Of a DNA stretch of 64,000 nucleotides, positions 52,716-64,000 are shown one piece after another. The stretch is from Piedraia hortae CBS 480.64 (Eukaryota), in the NCBI GenBank assembly GCA_010093745.1, contig MU005968.1, forward strand, positions 62,001 through 126,000, in the 5' to 3' direction. Under the pieces are notes generated by a model. That model saw nothing but the letters and a program-made list of their open reading frames with translations. It ran no database searches and had not been told where the DNA came from. How positions within the stretch are numbered: the first letter of the stretch is position 1; each line of letters begins with the position of its first letter. The translations under genes and the position numbers were made by a program.

Positions 52716-54936
52716 TACACTGGAAGAAGAGAATACGAGTGAGGTGGATAAAAGTCAGGGCGGGGGAGGGATTCCCGCGGGAATCGCTTTCCAGGAGCGT
52801 CATCTTTGAGGGGCCCACGATCAAAAAGTGTCACGGTCGCTCGCTCGAGACTTCTCCACATCTTACCGGCTTTGGGATAGGTCCACTGGGAACCTCAGCC
52901 GACCAATCAGATAGAGTCTACTTCAGCTGCCATCCTTGTGCGCCTGCAATGCAATTACGTCAAGAAGACGTTTTAATCAATGCTGCAAGGGCCGATATGT
53001 AAGCGGAACGGTTCCGGTCTCTGCAGCTCCTCCAAAGGCCGTAGCGGACGGAGATCGCTTCCACAGACGGCAAAGACAACTCTGGCTTCAGCTGAACCAA
53101 GTTCAAAGCCTCAGCTGCCTGCTTTGCGGCACATCAAGCTTATTCAATGCATGTGCTCCCTGGTGGAGTTCATCCAAGTGGCGATTCATTAATAGAAGCC
53201 TCAGGGTCCCAATCACGAGCTTTTCATCCATACGCCAACACGATAGGTGAATGTGTTGTTTCCTGCACATTCAGAATGTCCTTTATCGTGACTATTCCCG
53301 CCAAGAATGATCAGCCGTGGCAACATGAGGTCTTGTGTAACATTGGATGATATTGCAATGGAATAGGATCACCCCATGGCTCGATCAACTTGCATACACG
53401 CGGTATGAATGAAATGCTGCAGATGTGCACATTCACATTGATCCCGGGATTGCTCGGAAATGGATAATCAAAACCAATTTAATGCCGCAGTACCTGCAGC
53501 TATCTGACCCGCCAACGTGGTTCGTGCAGCCTCTTTGCCTATGACAAGTTGATATCGCTCACGCGAAGACGGAGAGTTATCAGGACAATGTATTTGACTG
53601 AGCCAGGTAATCCTTCTTGCCATTGGATACCATAAGCATTGCGGCGTAGCTCTGCATTGGGGGCTTTCAGCTTGAACCAGGCTGTGGATGAGGCACCTCC
53701 GGTTATCCAGGCTGCGTAACCCACGGCTGTTTCCCACAATTGAGTCTGCTCATGATTAGAAAGCACCCAAGCACCCTGCCATTCGATGGTGAACATCGAA
53801 ACTGCAGCCAAGGTTTCCGGAATCATTCGATGAAAACAGTTGATACCACCCCTGTACCTCCAAAGTTTGACAGTGCAGCCAACCATCATCATACATATCA
53901 AAATCTCTCACAAGACCTGTCTCTCAAAGCCACCTTCCCAACGTCGCGTAACCCTGCATACAAAGAGGCTTGTCACGAACAGCCGCTCTTCTGCTGGCCT
54001 ACTGCAGCCGAAAATGAGTCGAAATACCCATCTAACACTTCCACGTCCTGAAGAGCCGATGCCCTCCCCCCATTCCTTTAGCCAGCCTCGCACCTTTCCA
54101 CTCAGAAGTGACGGGTCTGGAGATACTCTCGACAGACTAGCTCACTCGGAAACGTGATTACGCTCTTCTAACACACACAGAGCTCTCATCCATCCATTAC
54201 AGAACAGAACATACTTTACCCCCAGTGTATTGAGAAGTGATACTACTCTGCCCGGGAACACGTCTGGGTTCGATCACTCTCTCCCATCTTCTAGCATCCC
54301 CCGTCCGCCCAGAGACTGGAGAGGTTATGGGTTAGGTTTTCAGGACAGTTTCCAGCTCCGATAAGATCGTTGGCGCACTTTGATAGGTACGAGAGGTATA
54401 TAATGCCGTGAAATCTAGCGTGATGGAGTTTGAATGTGGGTGGTGATTGGCTGGGTGAGATGCCATCGAGTGGCACATATTAAGTGCTGGTGGCTGGTGT
54501 AGGGACACGAGTACAATGTGTAAGTATTGGCGTATCGTTGGCAAGACTGCTTACCCGTTGATGAGAATTGCTTAGTGAAGGTGAAAATTGTCACCAACTA
54601 GATCGCTGCTTCGTTCAAACGACGGGAGAGACGTGAGGCCATTTGGCTGGTAGAGGTTGGTTGGTGTCTTCGCTGCTACACTCATTGAAACGCGTGAGAG
54701 CTCAAGTTAAGCCATGAAGCCTTGTAATAGATTGATGGAAAATGTCCTGCCATCGATGAATAGGGCAGGATCATCCATACCGCTGAGCTGGAAGCATGCA
54801 TATTTCCAGCAGGTGAACTAGCCCATTCACTAGGTCAATTCTTACATACAGAGTAGAATAAGCAGCAATGCCATGCACCTCATCATTATAATAAAACAAC
54901 AATTCGAAACTCGCTCGCTGTACAAGGCCATCAAGG

Positions 54937-56409
54937 CTACAAAGCATAAGCAGGCGGCGGCTCCGTCCAGATCTCATTGTTATCATGTTCTTGCTCCTCT
55001 CGTTTGGCCAACCAAGCCTCTCCCAACCCAACACCTCTCGAAGTTTTATCAGTGACTGCTATTTTCAACCCCGTGGACGGTGGAGAAAGGTATTGCCTCG
55101 AAGGGCGCGGGGTCTTCTCCTTCTCTGGACTGCTAAGGTCTCTAAGCGTCCTCGGCGTTTGTGTACGTGCAGCCCAAGCCGGACTTCCAGTTAATGGGTT
55201 CAGTGCGATCCCATCGCCCGGTGTACGCGGGGGTGTTTGTGGCGGGAGGGTATCACTGCACAGAGTGTGTGCTCTGCTGTTACCGCTGATAGCAGCTGGC
55301 TCGGAGTTTATGAGGCTTGAACAACAATCACTGGGGTTCTCTGCGCCGGATACACTATCTGCGGTGTCGGTCTGCAAACTGCGTCCTCCGCTCCGCAAAT
55401 CGACGACGCGGTTCTTACGTTTTCGAGGACGTGCACGCGCGCCAGAGGCCATGGTGATGGGTAGGCTTGCTACACTGTGACGGCTGGTGAGTGAAGTGGC
55501 GGAGGCTGCGGAAGCTTCGGAGGTATAGGAGCGGGTGGAGAGAGGTCCCGAGGCTATACCAGTGGAAATTCGGGAAAGAGTGGGGCGATATACCGGTGCA
55601 GGGCCACGATCCGGGTCGGCAACACTGGCCCACGCGCGATAGACGGTGTCACGCATTCCCGGCGTGAATAGGCTGAGTGTTCGCTGACTCTCTGATAGAG
55701 CAGCCAATCTCAGCAGGTTTTTTTGCGAAAAGGATGCGAAGTTCTCCGAGTCTGCTAGAACGGGCGCTTCTTTGTCGTGTTCTGGTTGTGTGACAGGCGC
55801 ATCAACAATGTCGGGGCCATCGGGGAACACGCGGAGGGAAAGACGGTGGATGATGGCGGGAAGATCCTCGACAAACAGCACGCGCAACTGACTCTCAATT
55901 GTCTGCTGGAGATAGTCTCGCACAAACGGGATGGCATCAAAGGTGGACGATACCTTGAGCGCATCCAGAGGATCATTTCGGAACAACAGCGTAATGCCCT
56001 TTTGCTTGGAGAAGACAAGCATGACGAAGCCGGAAAGCCGTATGTCGGAGAGCGTTATCTGCAGCGGAATCGTGAGTCCTGTGGCGGCTGCGAGCGGCTG
56101 CGGACTGGCGAATCCCGGCCGGGCGCCCAGGAACGTATTGAGCGGGTTGGCCTGGACACGCGTCTTCAATGTCAGATATGCATCACCCGTATACGTCATC
56201 TTGAAAATTCCCTTGAACCTATCCTCGGCGAGATCACCAATCTCCAGAATCTCCAGCTGCGGCGGTGTCGATCCTAGGTTGAGCTGGTTGACGACAATGT
56301 CGCCGACGATAATGGGCGGCTTGGGCGATTTGTTAAGTGCATGAGTGAGAAGATCACGTACGCGGTCTGAATCGGCTATCAGCGGTGACCAGTTGAAGTT
56401 GAAGGCCAT
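54937..56409 (-). CDS. MDM34: ERMES subunit Mdm34 (SMP domain)
   Basis: [10 protein letters not shown]...[41 protein letters not shown]-terminal PPPAY. Confidence 0.95.
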   Translation of the reverse strand: MAFNFNWSPLIADSDRVRDLLTHALNKSPKPPIIVGDIVVNQLNLGSTPPQLEILEIGDLAEDRFKGIFKMTYTGDAYLTLKTRVQANPLNTFLGARPGFASPQPLAAATGLTIPLQITLSDIRLSGFVMLVFSKQKGITLLFRNDPLDALKVSSTFDAIPFVRDYLQQTIESQLRVLFVEDLPAIIHRLSLRVFPDGPDIVDAPVTQPEHDKEAPVLADSENFASFSQKNLLRLAALSESQRTLSLFTPGMRDTVYRAWASVADPDRGPAPVYRPTLSRISTGIASGPLSTRSYTSEASAASATSLTSRHSVASLPITMASGARARPRKRKNRVVDLRSGGRSLQTDTADSVSGAENPSDCCSSLINSEPAAISGNSRAHTLCSDTLPPQTPPRTPGDGIALNPLTGSPAWAARTQTPRTLRDLSSPEKEKTPRPSRQYLSPPSTGLKIAVTDKTSRGVGLGEAWLAKREEQEHDNNEIWTEPPPAYAL

Positions 56410-58935
56410 GAATCCCGCTCCGCCCTCGGCTCCGCCACGCGGCGGAGCGATGTGGTTACGGCGTCACGTGATGTGACAATCTGTCACAAACGAACTCCTG
56501 CAGGGTCTCGATCATCGTCTCTATCCTTGGGAACGTCGATGATCGGCGACAATTGACACACTGCAACGGCTGCAGAGTGCAGGTCCCGTATTGATTTACT
56601 ATAGATGTGGTTGCGCTACAAACTTGGGAGAGTGGTTCGACTTTCATGCTAGAAAACTTTGGATTGCTTTGCTGTTTTCATTTATTTAATCGATCACTCT
56701 TGTTCTCGCCCTCTCTTGCACAGCGCGATTCATGTACAGCAGGAAGTCGTCGTCATCGATCCTCGTCCCTGACTACTGGGGTCTCAGAGCTGCCAGCGAG
56801 TGAGACCGGAACGCGCCATTGTGGAGAAATAGAGTGCTACCATTCACTTGTCGGTTCTGTGTAGTCGCATTTTCCCTCATCAGGCTGGTCAGTAACCAAG
56901 CAAGTGGATCGCGATTTTCGGACCCGGGAACATGCTGTGTTCGTCTAATCAACATTGGACATTCAACCATGCGATTCATTGGCAGTTAATATGCGCACGT
57001 GGCCAGCCGGCAAGGCGGACAAAACGCACGGTCTCATCCCTCACAGATTGGACGAGCGTAAGTCCCTATGATGAACAGATGACTTGCGCAAAGTAAAGTG
57101 TCAATCAACCCCGTTGAGTGGCTGAAACACGGCACTACATGGTTCGCTAGCGTCGTCTTGTTCAAGTCAATTTGCAGTGACTCACAACCCATTTCCGGGT
57201 AAGCGCTCCAACGCAGCAGTAAATGATTGGACAATTCCGAACGGAATGGAGTATTAAATTGGTGATATGAATCCGATTAATAGGTAAATGCTGTTCAGTG
57301 GAATAGGGCAATTTGTTTTTGTGGCGCTGGGGTGCAAGGGATGAAAAGGGGAGTAGTATCTTCGCAAGACTCGGGCCCTGGCCCAAGGTAGCTTTCGCGG
57401 GCCACGAGGTGCACGTCCGGGCACAAGAGGGTCAGGACACAGCTGCGGTGCGCTGGACCACGACTGCGGCGTCGGCGGCGGCGACGTGCAGCCCGGGCCG
57501 CGCGTGCGCCAATCGACGGCGAGCGCATGACAGACAACCCGGTGGACGGAAAGAAACGGGGTTTAGGGGACACAAGAAAAGTATCTATTCGCAAGCGATA
57601 TGCGAGTATGGGTAATGCGCGCGATGTTGGCATCTGCAGCTAGGTCAATGACAAGAAAAAAGCAAGAAGCGTCATCCAACGCCGCGCCCGTTGAGTGACG
57701 TGTAGCAGTCATAGTGCCGAGGCGAAAACGGTCAAGCCATTGGCTGCCGTCTTGCAGGCAAAATTAGCGGTGGCGTTAGTGACCGTTCTTACACCCCCCA
57801 GCCTGACAATCGGAAATCCTTCCCCCGGCCTGTCAAAGGGGCGGTTGCGGAGACGGCCTTAGCGCTCTCGAGGCATACCCCTGCTCCGCTTCCCTCCCCC
57901 CTCCCCGGTTGGGGGCACTCGTTCAGCTTCTTCAAGTGTTTGCTGGCAGCTATGTGCCTGTGACCGCCGCTGATGCTAGCTGCCTCTCCTGCGTCGCTGC
58001 TCCTCGCTCGTGCTGCACCTGGAGCCTCGCCCCTCTCTCTCCACCCCCTCCTCGTGCTCACCAATCACGTTCCCGATCCCGGGCCGCTGCACCACGCCCT
58101 TGTACACCCCTCCTGTCGCTGTCGCTTGTCTGTGTCTGCATGTGCGTGCTGCCTGTCTCACGTAGATCTCCCTCCAAGCTGCAGGCTCAACACACTGCTC
58201 TGTTGCCCCTGCGAGTGGAGAGTGGAATCTTTTCTTTGATTACACAAGTCAGTATCTATGACGGAATAGGGGCCTCGAAGAAGGTTAAGAAAGTTGCAGA
58301 CGTTCGAGGACAGATGTCTTACCGGGTTGTGAACTACCCCACTCCGTTCCCCCCCCCTCCCAAAAAAAAAGTTACCCGTGCGCGATCTCTGCGATCGTCG
58401 CGAGCTGGCACACTTGCCGGAAACTGCCTCTACCAGATGTGGGTCGATCTGCAAATGCCGTCCTGTCCCGGGGCCACTACAAGCAACCCTGATTTGGGCA
58501 TTGCATTGCATACTGACAAATTGGGATTAGCGTGTGTGTCAAGGACTAGGTTTGTCCCGGCCGTCTGTTCAATCGAGTCATGCACTCAATAGGATTATAA
58601 TATCCTTTCGACAGCCACCTTCATTGGGAAGATGCTAACCTTCATGCTACTCGACATTCCTCTTGGTCATACTTTTTAGGCTCTCTCCTTGGTTTTGAAA
58701 AAAAAAATATGAGCCAGAAACCCACGTCACCGGTATGAAGCTCCGGGGAGTCATTGCCTATTGGAACCGTGGGCGGACTAAGTGCCCCTCTCACTTGATT
58801 CACCCGTTCCTATAAGACTGCCTCAGCCGCTACAGCTTTCTCTTCTCCTCCGACACACACTTTTGCACAGTCTACAGAGACTTGGCACCCATCACCCCTC
58901 TTGTCCCAATCTCTTATGATAGCATAACACATATC

Positions 58936-60118
58936 ATGGAAAAGCTTCCTAACGGCAAAGTATCTATCCAACGCATACTCCGGGACGACGCGGCGAATGG
59001 TGAGCGGGAGCTTCTACAAGCCGCCGAAGAGCACCGTGCTCTGCTCGAGAGTCGATGGCGTCCAAGAGTGTACCAACCTGGCTCCCGCTCTCGCTCTCGC
59101 TCCCCTCAGCGTTCACCGTCGCGTCAGAACTCGGGCTTTAGATTACCCTCTTTAAGCACTGTATGAGTACCCCAGATCGTTGTGAACAGCATTTCTGACT
59201 CTTTTCTCTCTTGCAGATCATTGGCTTGGATAACAGGCGAGAAACCAATCCACCTTTGAGCTCAACGACACAAGGTTCTCTTTTCTCACCCCATGAGCCA
59301 CCATATTCAGCAGAACGCAGGCCAACGGCACTCCATCATCCTAATTCACAACAATACTCACCCCGCGAGCCTCATTATATAACAAATACCAGAACGTCGA
59401 CGCTTCATCCTAATCCTAATGCTACATATAGCCGTTCGGCCTCGTTCGCCGATGGACAGCACCCTCGACCATATGGACCGTGGGATCCCTTCGATAGTCC
59501 TTGGCGGACTTGCCAGGCTCTCCCTCCGTCTCTTCCCGGGTTGCGTGATACAATGGGCTGGCGGAGCAGTCAGGATGGCGTTTTAGGTCCGTCTGTGGCT
59601 CCGCCCACAATGCGTGATCCCTTTACACAGCAGCCGCTTCCGGCACCTTACTTCAACCCCAACGGCTACGAGTACCATGGAAGCCGCAATCGCAAGCGCA
59701 GCAACCTACCCAAGCATGCCACGGAGCAGATGAAAACATGGTTCGATGAACACATTTCCAATCCTTACCCAAGCGAAGAGCAAAAGGCCTACTTTTCTAG
59801 AGTGAGTCTCCATCCATCCATGTCAACCAAGCTGGTGCTAACCAAACATCACAGGAGACTGGCATCACTATGACCCAAGTCAGCAACTGGTTCATTAACC
59901 ACCGCCGTCGTTGTCCCGAGTTGAAGGAACGTCGGCAACGGACCCGCAGCAGCGCCGGAGGGGACGAGAACGGATCAAGTGGCAGCGAGGAAGGTCCGAG
60001 TACCCAAACACCAGGCCTACCGCCCGCAGCTCCTAGTGGCCCAGTACCAGGAGCTTTCTCACCAGGAAGTTTAGCACACGGCGGCCCAGCACCAGGCGGC
60101 GGTCCAGCCACACGCTGA
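58936..60118 (+). CDS. TALE-class (KN/TGIF/Cup9-like) homeodomain transcription factor, 357 aa; exons 58936-59160, 59217-59801, 59855-60118
   Basis: Spliced homeodomain RKRSNLPK.ATE.MK.WF.EH..NPYPSEEQK...SRETG+T.TQVSNWFINHRRR with the PYP loop. Both introns are phase 0 GT-AG. TATA-like at 58811. Confidence 0.88.
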
Positions 60119-61149
60119 AGAGCAAGCAACAGAAGCACAAGACACGAAACGGGCAAGTAAATAGCGCAGTTTAGCCTTTTTTAGCAAGGCCGCCCATTCC
60201 AAAAGTCTACCAGAACCCCTTGACACTTTGCAGAAAGCGTTTCTTGTGACAAAAATAGCAACAAATTCACATGTACGTCATTGGTTTTAATCTATCAAGA
60301 TCCAGTTCTGACACCTGCCAGCTTGGTACTACCTGTCTGTCAAATGCCATGTGTCTTTTTTCCGAGACGTGGTAATTACTTCACTCCATTTCCCTGCGCA
60401 AAGCTGTGGGGTCTCAAGAAGAGAGTTCGTTTCAGGAATCTACGTTTCCGGTCTTGCGTAGGTTTGCGTAGGGAAGTAGTTGGAGCATGTTCTTTTGTGT
60501 TATTTTGGGGATGCAGTTCGAGAGAGATCGAAGGTTCGAGATCGGCGAGAGCATGATCTTCGGTTATGTGAGATCTTCACTGAGATTTGGTATCATGGGT
60601 TTTCTTCAGGGATGATTCCCATGGGATTTTTCCAGGGATTGCTACCTCAGATGATTTCCCCGCCCACCCTGGGTTACCCACCCTGGCTCCCCCGCCCACC
60701 CACCCCCCGGTCAGCTAGGGTCCGGACCGTTTAACAGCTGTGACGTGCTTTGATTTGACAATTGACGTTTCCGAATTAATCTTGATTTGGGCTCGACAGG
60801 GGGGACGTCTAGATCGCGCCCCTGTAGTGTTACTGCGTGATGCCGCTGGGATGGCGATTTCCAGCGCTGCTATGTCTACTTACGTCTTCTCCTACCGGTG
60901 GGGATGTCTGGTGGTCAACAAGTTGCGATGGATGGGTGTGCTGCTACATCTGCGGGGGCTCTTTCGGTGGTCCCAGAGACAGACAGACGAAGAAGGTCAA
61001 GGACGTCTGTGCCCGTTCATATGTATCAGTCTAGAAATACAGTCACTGGTACAGGTGATACGCAGAATCCAAATTTCTTACAGCCAGCACGCTTAATCCT
61101 GGTGCGTCTCTTCGATGGAATTGTGACTGTTCCCATTCGAGATTCTTTA

Positions 61150-62700
61150 CGACGCGTTTGGGATCAAGATAGACGTATGGTTGCTGTTATCACGTATACG
61201 CGACATGGCGAGCTAAATAATCTATACTTCCACCCTTTCTGCAAATCCATGCGCACGGTTGGTGTTGTAAGGTCGTCGGTTTGGTGATTGTGTGGTGATA
61301 AGGTAGAGGTGTCGTCGTGTGTGCCGTCTGGCGTGATGCCGAAGCGTGCAGCGACTTTGGCACATAGTGAAAGCCATACCTTACGGTCGGTCCTCTTTCG
61401 AAGGATATTGATTCCCGTAAACCAGGGCAAGGGGCTGACTTCCATTATGAACGTAGGGCTTGCTTAAGGCTGCGGCGTGTTGTCGGTGCTTCTCATCGTA
61501 CATGAGTACTACGTCGTCGATGTAGTAGAAGAGTAAGAGATGCTGGTTGGAGTAGACGCAATCGATCCCCGGGACGGGGGAGAGGCTCGGCCTGCCAGAG
61601 GTTCCTGGATTCACGGAAGTCGTAGAGAGCTTTCAAGCAGCGAAAGTCCATCAGCAAGAAACGTCCGGAATGCCCAGACTAGCACGACATAGGCTCATCG
61701 TGATACCGGACATGACATGCCTTCGCGGTGGCAGAGGTTTTGTCAGCCCATCTGCAGGGTCCGCCTGCCAGACATCCATCGTATTGGACTGAAGTGATCA
61801 ATAAAGTCGAGGAGGCGAACCAGTCGAGTCGACTGGTAAGTCTTCTCCTTAAAAGACTCATGTTCGGTGATTACTGTTATCTCCGCATCCTCAATCCCGT
61901 TTCCCCAGCGTGCTATCCTGCGTGCGGTAACGAGTTTGCATGCTCGTCAATAGACCAACAGACCGAGGGTTTGGGTGATTTGGATCTGGTTGCAAAAGAC
62001 TCGGGCTGCATCCCGCTCTCCAGTTACCAGGCGGAACCCGCACCAGAATTTGGATGTCCTCTTTCGTGCAGACGCTGCTTCAGCATTGCTTTTGCCATGT
62101 GCTGGGATCATGGGAAGATTCATATCGTTTAAAATGTTGGTGTAGATGTCAGGAGCGCAGTTGGTTGAAGTCAGAGATGAATTGCCCTATCTCGACGTGA
62201 GCCGGGGAATACCGCTCTGCCTCGTTAAAAGGACATCCCTCAGTCGGTTCTAGGAGGGAACCCAGGTCTGGTAAGTCCGGGAAGCATCATAGCCACATAA
62301 ATAGCCCAGAGCAGTGTTGAGGTTCAGCTTCATGAGCTTCGGTTCTGCCGCGGCACCCTTCTTAAGCTTTCGATCCGTAGGCGTAGAGGTGAGATACGTC
62401 GAGTCTACCAAGCACATCGAAGAAAATAACGGCCCTTGAGGTCGTTGTATAAGGCCCAGAACATGTCGAGATGTGCATTGTCGGGCTCTCCGTCGGTATG
62501 TTTGCTCTCCAGTGAAGGAGCCAATCAGGTTATCCATCGCCACGGTCTGATGGCTAGTCAAGCAGTGTCGCGACCATGGAAAGGAATGCATACAATGCTC
62601 TGTGTTCCGTTGCTTTGCTTTCGCGGCCATCATTGACTGCGTCAGGTGGTTCCCTCCGCAGTTTGCGCACTTTCTTGTTGATCCTCGCATTCGCGGGCTG
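61150..62700 (-). mobile_element. Degenerate Ty1/Copia retrotransposon relic (integrase C-terminal region plus RT)
   Basis: GYLCGYDASRTYQTWVPS...RDV (Copia G+L+GY......Y.+W), RT catalytic YIDD at 61513-61524, WFTGINILR..TDRKVWLS. Order is integrase then RT. Boundaries are approximate. Confidence 0.75.
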
Positions 62701-63730
62701 GATGCTCTCCTGCACTTTAGGCATAGCTCACGGTACATGAAGTAGACTTTTTCCAGTCATTTACCGATCTTACCCGCTTGTGCACCATCTTGTAGACTCG
62801 CCCAGGTGTGGTAGGGTGATCATCCTCGCTCGATTACCACCAGCAAATCACCTTTTCTCCACACGACATGCCCCATAGTTGATATGACATCTACACAGCT
62901 GCCATGTCTCAAGCCCGTCGTGTGACATGCCCGCGGTAGGTGAAGAAGACCCCTCTCCTCCCTCCCCCCTCCCTCCCCTCCCAGGATTTTGCACTGCAGC
63001 TTTGATTCGGCTGATGTCTCGAAGATATAGATGCATTCCCTGTCTCAGAAGTATTGAAGCAATGGCTACTTGACCTTTGGATGGTTGTAGGACCATCTTC
63101 TTGCCGCTGTCCGAGTACGCAAGGTGTGACTTTTCGTATGGATAATGGGTGTTCTTACCCTTGACTTCATTGATGGCTCGTAATTTGAATTTCCGCGTAC
63201 GGTTCTGTTGAACTTTTCGTTGCGGAAAGGCTCCATTCTCATAACCACAGATCGAATTCCTTTCTCACATGGTTCCAGGATAGTATAGTTGGCACCATGT
63301 GTCATCAAACGAAGCATATGCTCCTCGATTGACATTGTATACTGCCTACTATCGACTCTCAAAGCTGGTCAAGGGATGATTGAGCGACCTAGGTACCGTG
63401 GAAGACCTTCCTGTCGCAGGTCATGCTGGCTAATCTGTAGTCATCATGTGTCGTTGATCTGTATGCTGCACTGCCCTCGAAGCGGTGTAAGGATTTTCTT
63501 CACAGGGATAATGGCCCTCCACCCCCACCATCTGTGAGGAATCGGAGATGTTGCGCTTTTGCGGGAAGTGTCAGCTTGACACTAGACACTCCCAGCAAGA
63601 CTTTGACAATGTCAACTTGTACCCACTCACATTGCAAAATTCGGGACCCTGTAACTTGAATCCCAAAACAAGAAGAAGCGGGCACTCCCTTTGTTTCCTG
63701 AAGTTGAATGTACACGGGCAAAAAAATGAT

Positions 63731-63847
63731 TGCAGCTTTTGAGGATCGAACTCAATACCTCCAGATCACGAGATCAGATGCCTGATTCGCTTTTGAAACC
63801 AAAGTTAGGACTTCAGTCTGGCGCTCTCCCAAGTGAGCTAAAGCTGC
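63731..63847 (-). tRNA. tRNA-Phe (GAA) with 44-nt intron 63810-63767
   Basis: Reverse complement reads GCAGCTTTAGCTCACTTGGGAGAGCGCCAGACT-GAA-G [intron] ATCTGGAGGTATTGAGTTCGATCCTCAAAAGCTGCA, followed by a T-run terminator. Confidence 0.92.
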
Positions 63848-64000
63848 ATCTTCGTTGATTTAAAGAGGTGCTTGTAATATTTATGAACTTGGTAAAATTG
63901 AAATTAAATAGGGAGATGTTTCAGTGCTTTTGCTATACACAAGGGTAGGGGAATGAACGATGAAGATCTGGGGTCGGAGATTTTACATTGTCATCACTGT

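Noticed and set aside
53000..54900. Multiple short ORFs between IPK1 and MDM34
   Set aside because: No consistent splice model or protein motif found.
57909..58592. 227-aa ORF upstream of the homeobox gene
   Set aside because: TTG start, low-complexity CT-rich sequence and no motif; more likely regulatory or UTR sequence.
60590..60710. Short duplicated catggg..tt.tt.caggga and ccaccc motifs as a Copia LTR or polypurine tract
   Set aside because: No partner LTR or TG..CA ends identifiable in the window.

Overview
Eukaryotic DNA from a filamentous ascomycete (Pezizomycotina-type genes, possibly a dothideomycete; this is inference, no search was run). The window is compact and intron-poor: the introns I could build are 41-60 nt, and several large genes have none. 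Core genes: OST5, Rad1-type 9-1-1 clamp subunit, GCN5, secreted GH31 alpha-glucosidase, group III HAMP histidine kinase (3' end in a 200-N gap), TDG/MUG glycosylase, Ino4-like bHLH, Munc13-homology/C2 protein, ROK1, ATP20, Cps1-like GT2, IPK1, MDM34, a TALE homeobox gene, and intron-containing tRNA-Ile(AAT) and tRNA-Phe(GAA). Accessory or decayed blocks lie at about 0-1, 8.8-21, 26.6-29.2, 35.8-43.4 and 61-63 kb. They hold foldback (MITE-like) elements, MULE, Harbinger-like, Copia and Gypsy relics, a NACHT pseudogene and diverged dispersed repeats. Most interesting: (1) the OST5 stop and Rad1 start are only 11 nt apart, and an alternative splice acceptor would fuse them in frame; (2) two apparently separate ORFs splice into one gene with a tandem-duplicated VHS-GAT module and a PPxY linker; (3) a duplicated micro-ORF carries a PAM2-like motif; (4) sharp C-rich to G-rich skew switches recur near gene 3' ends. 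All family calls come from motif recognition by eye.
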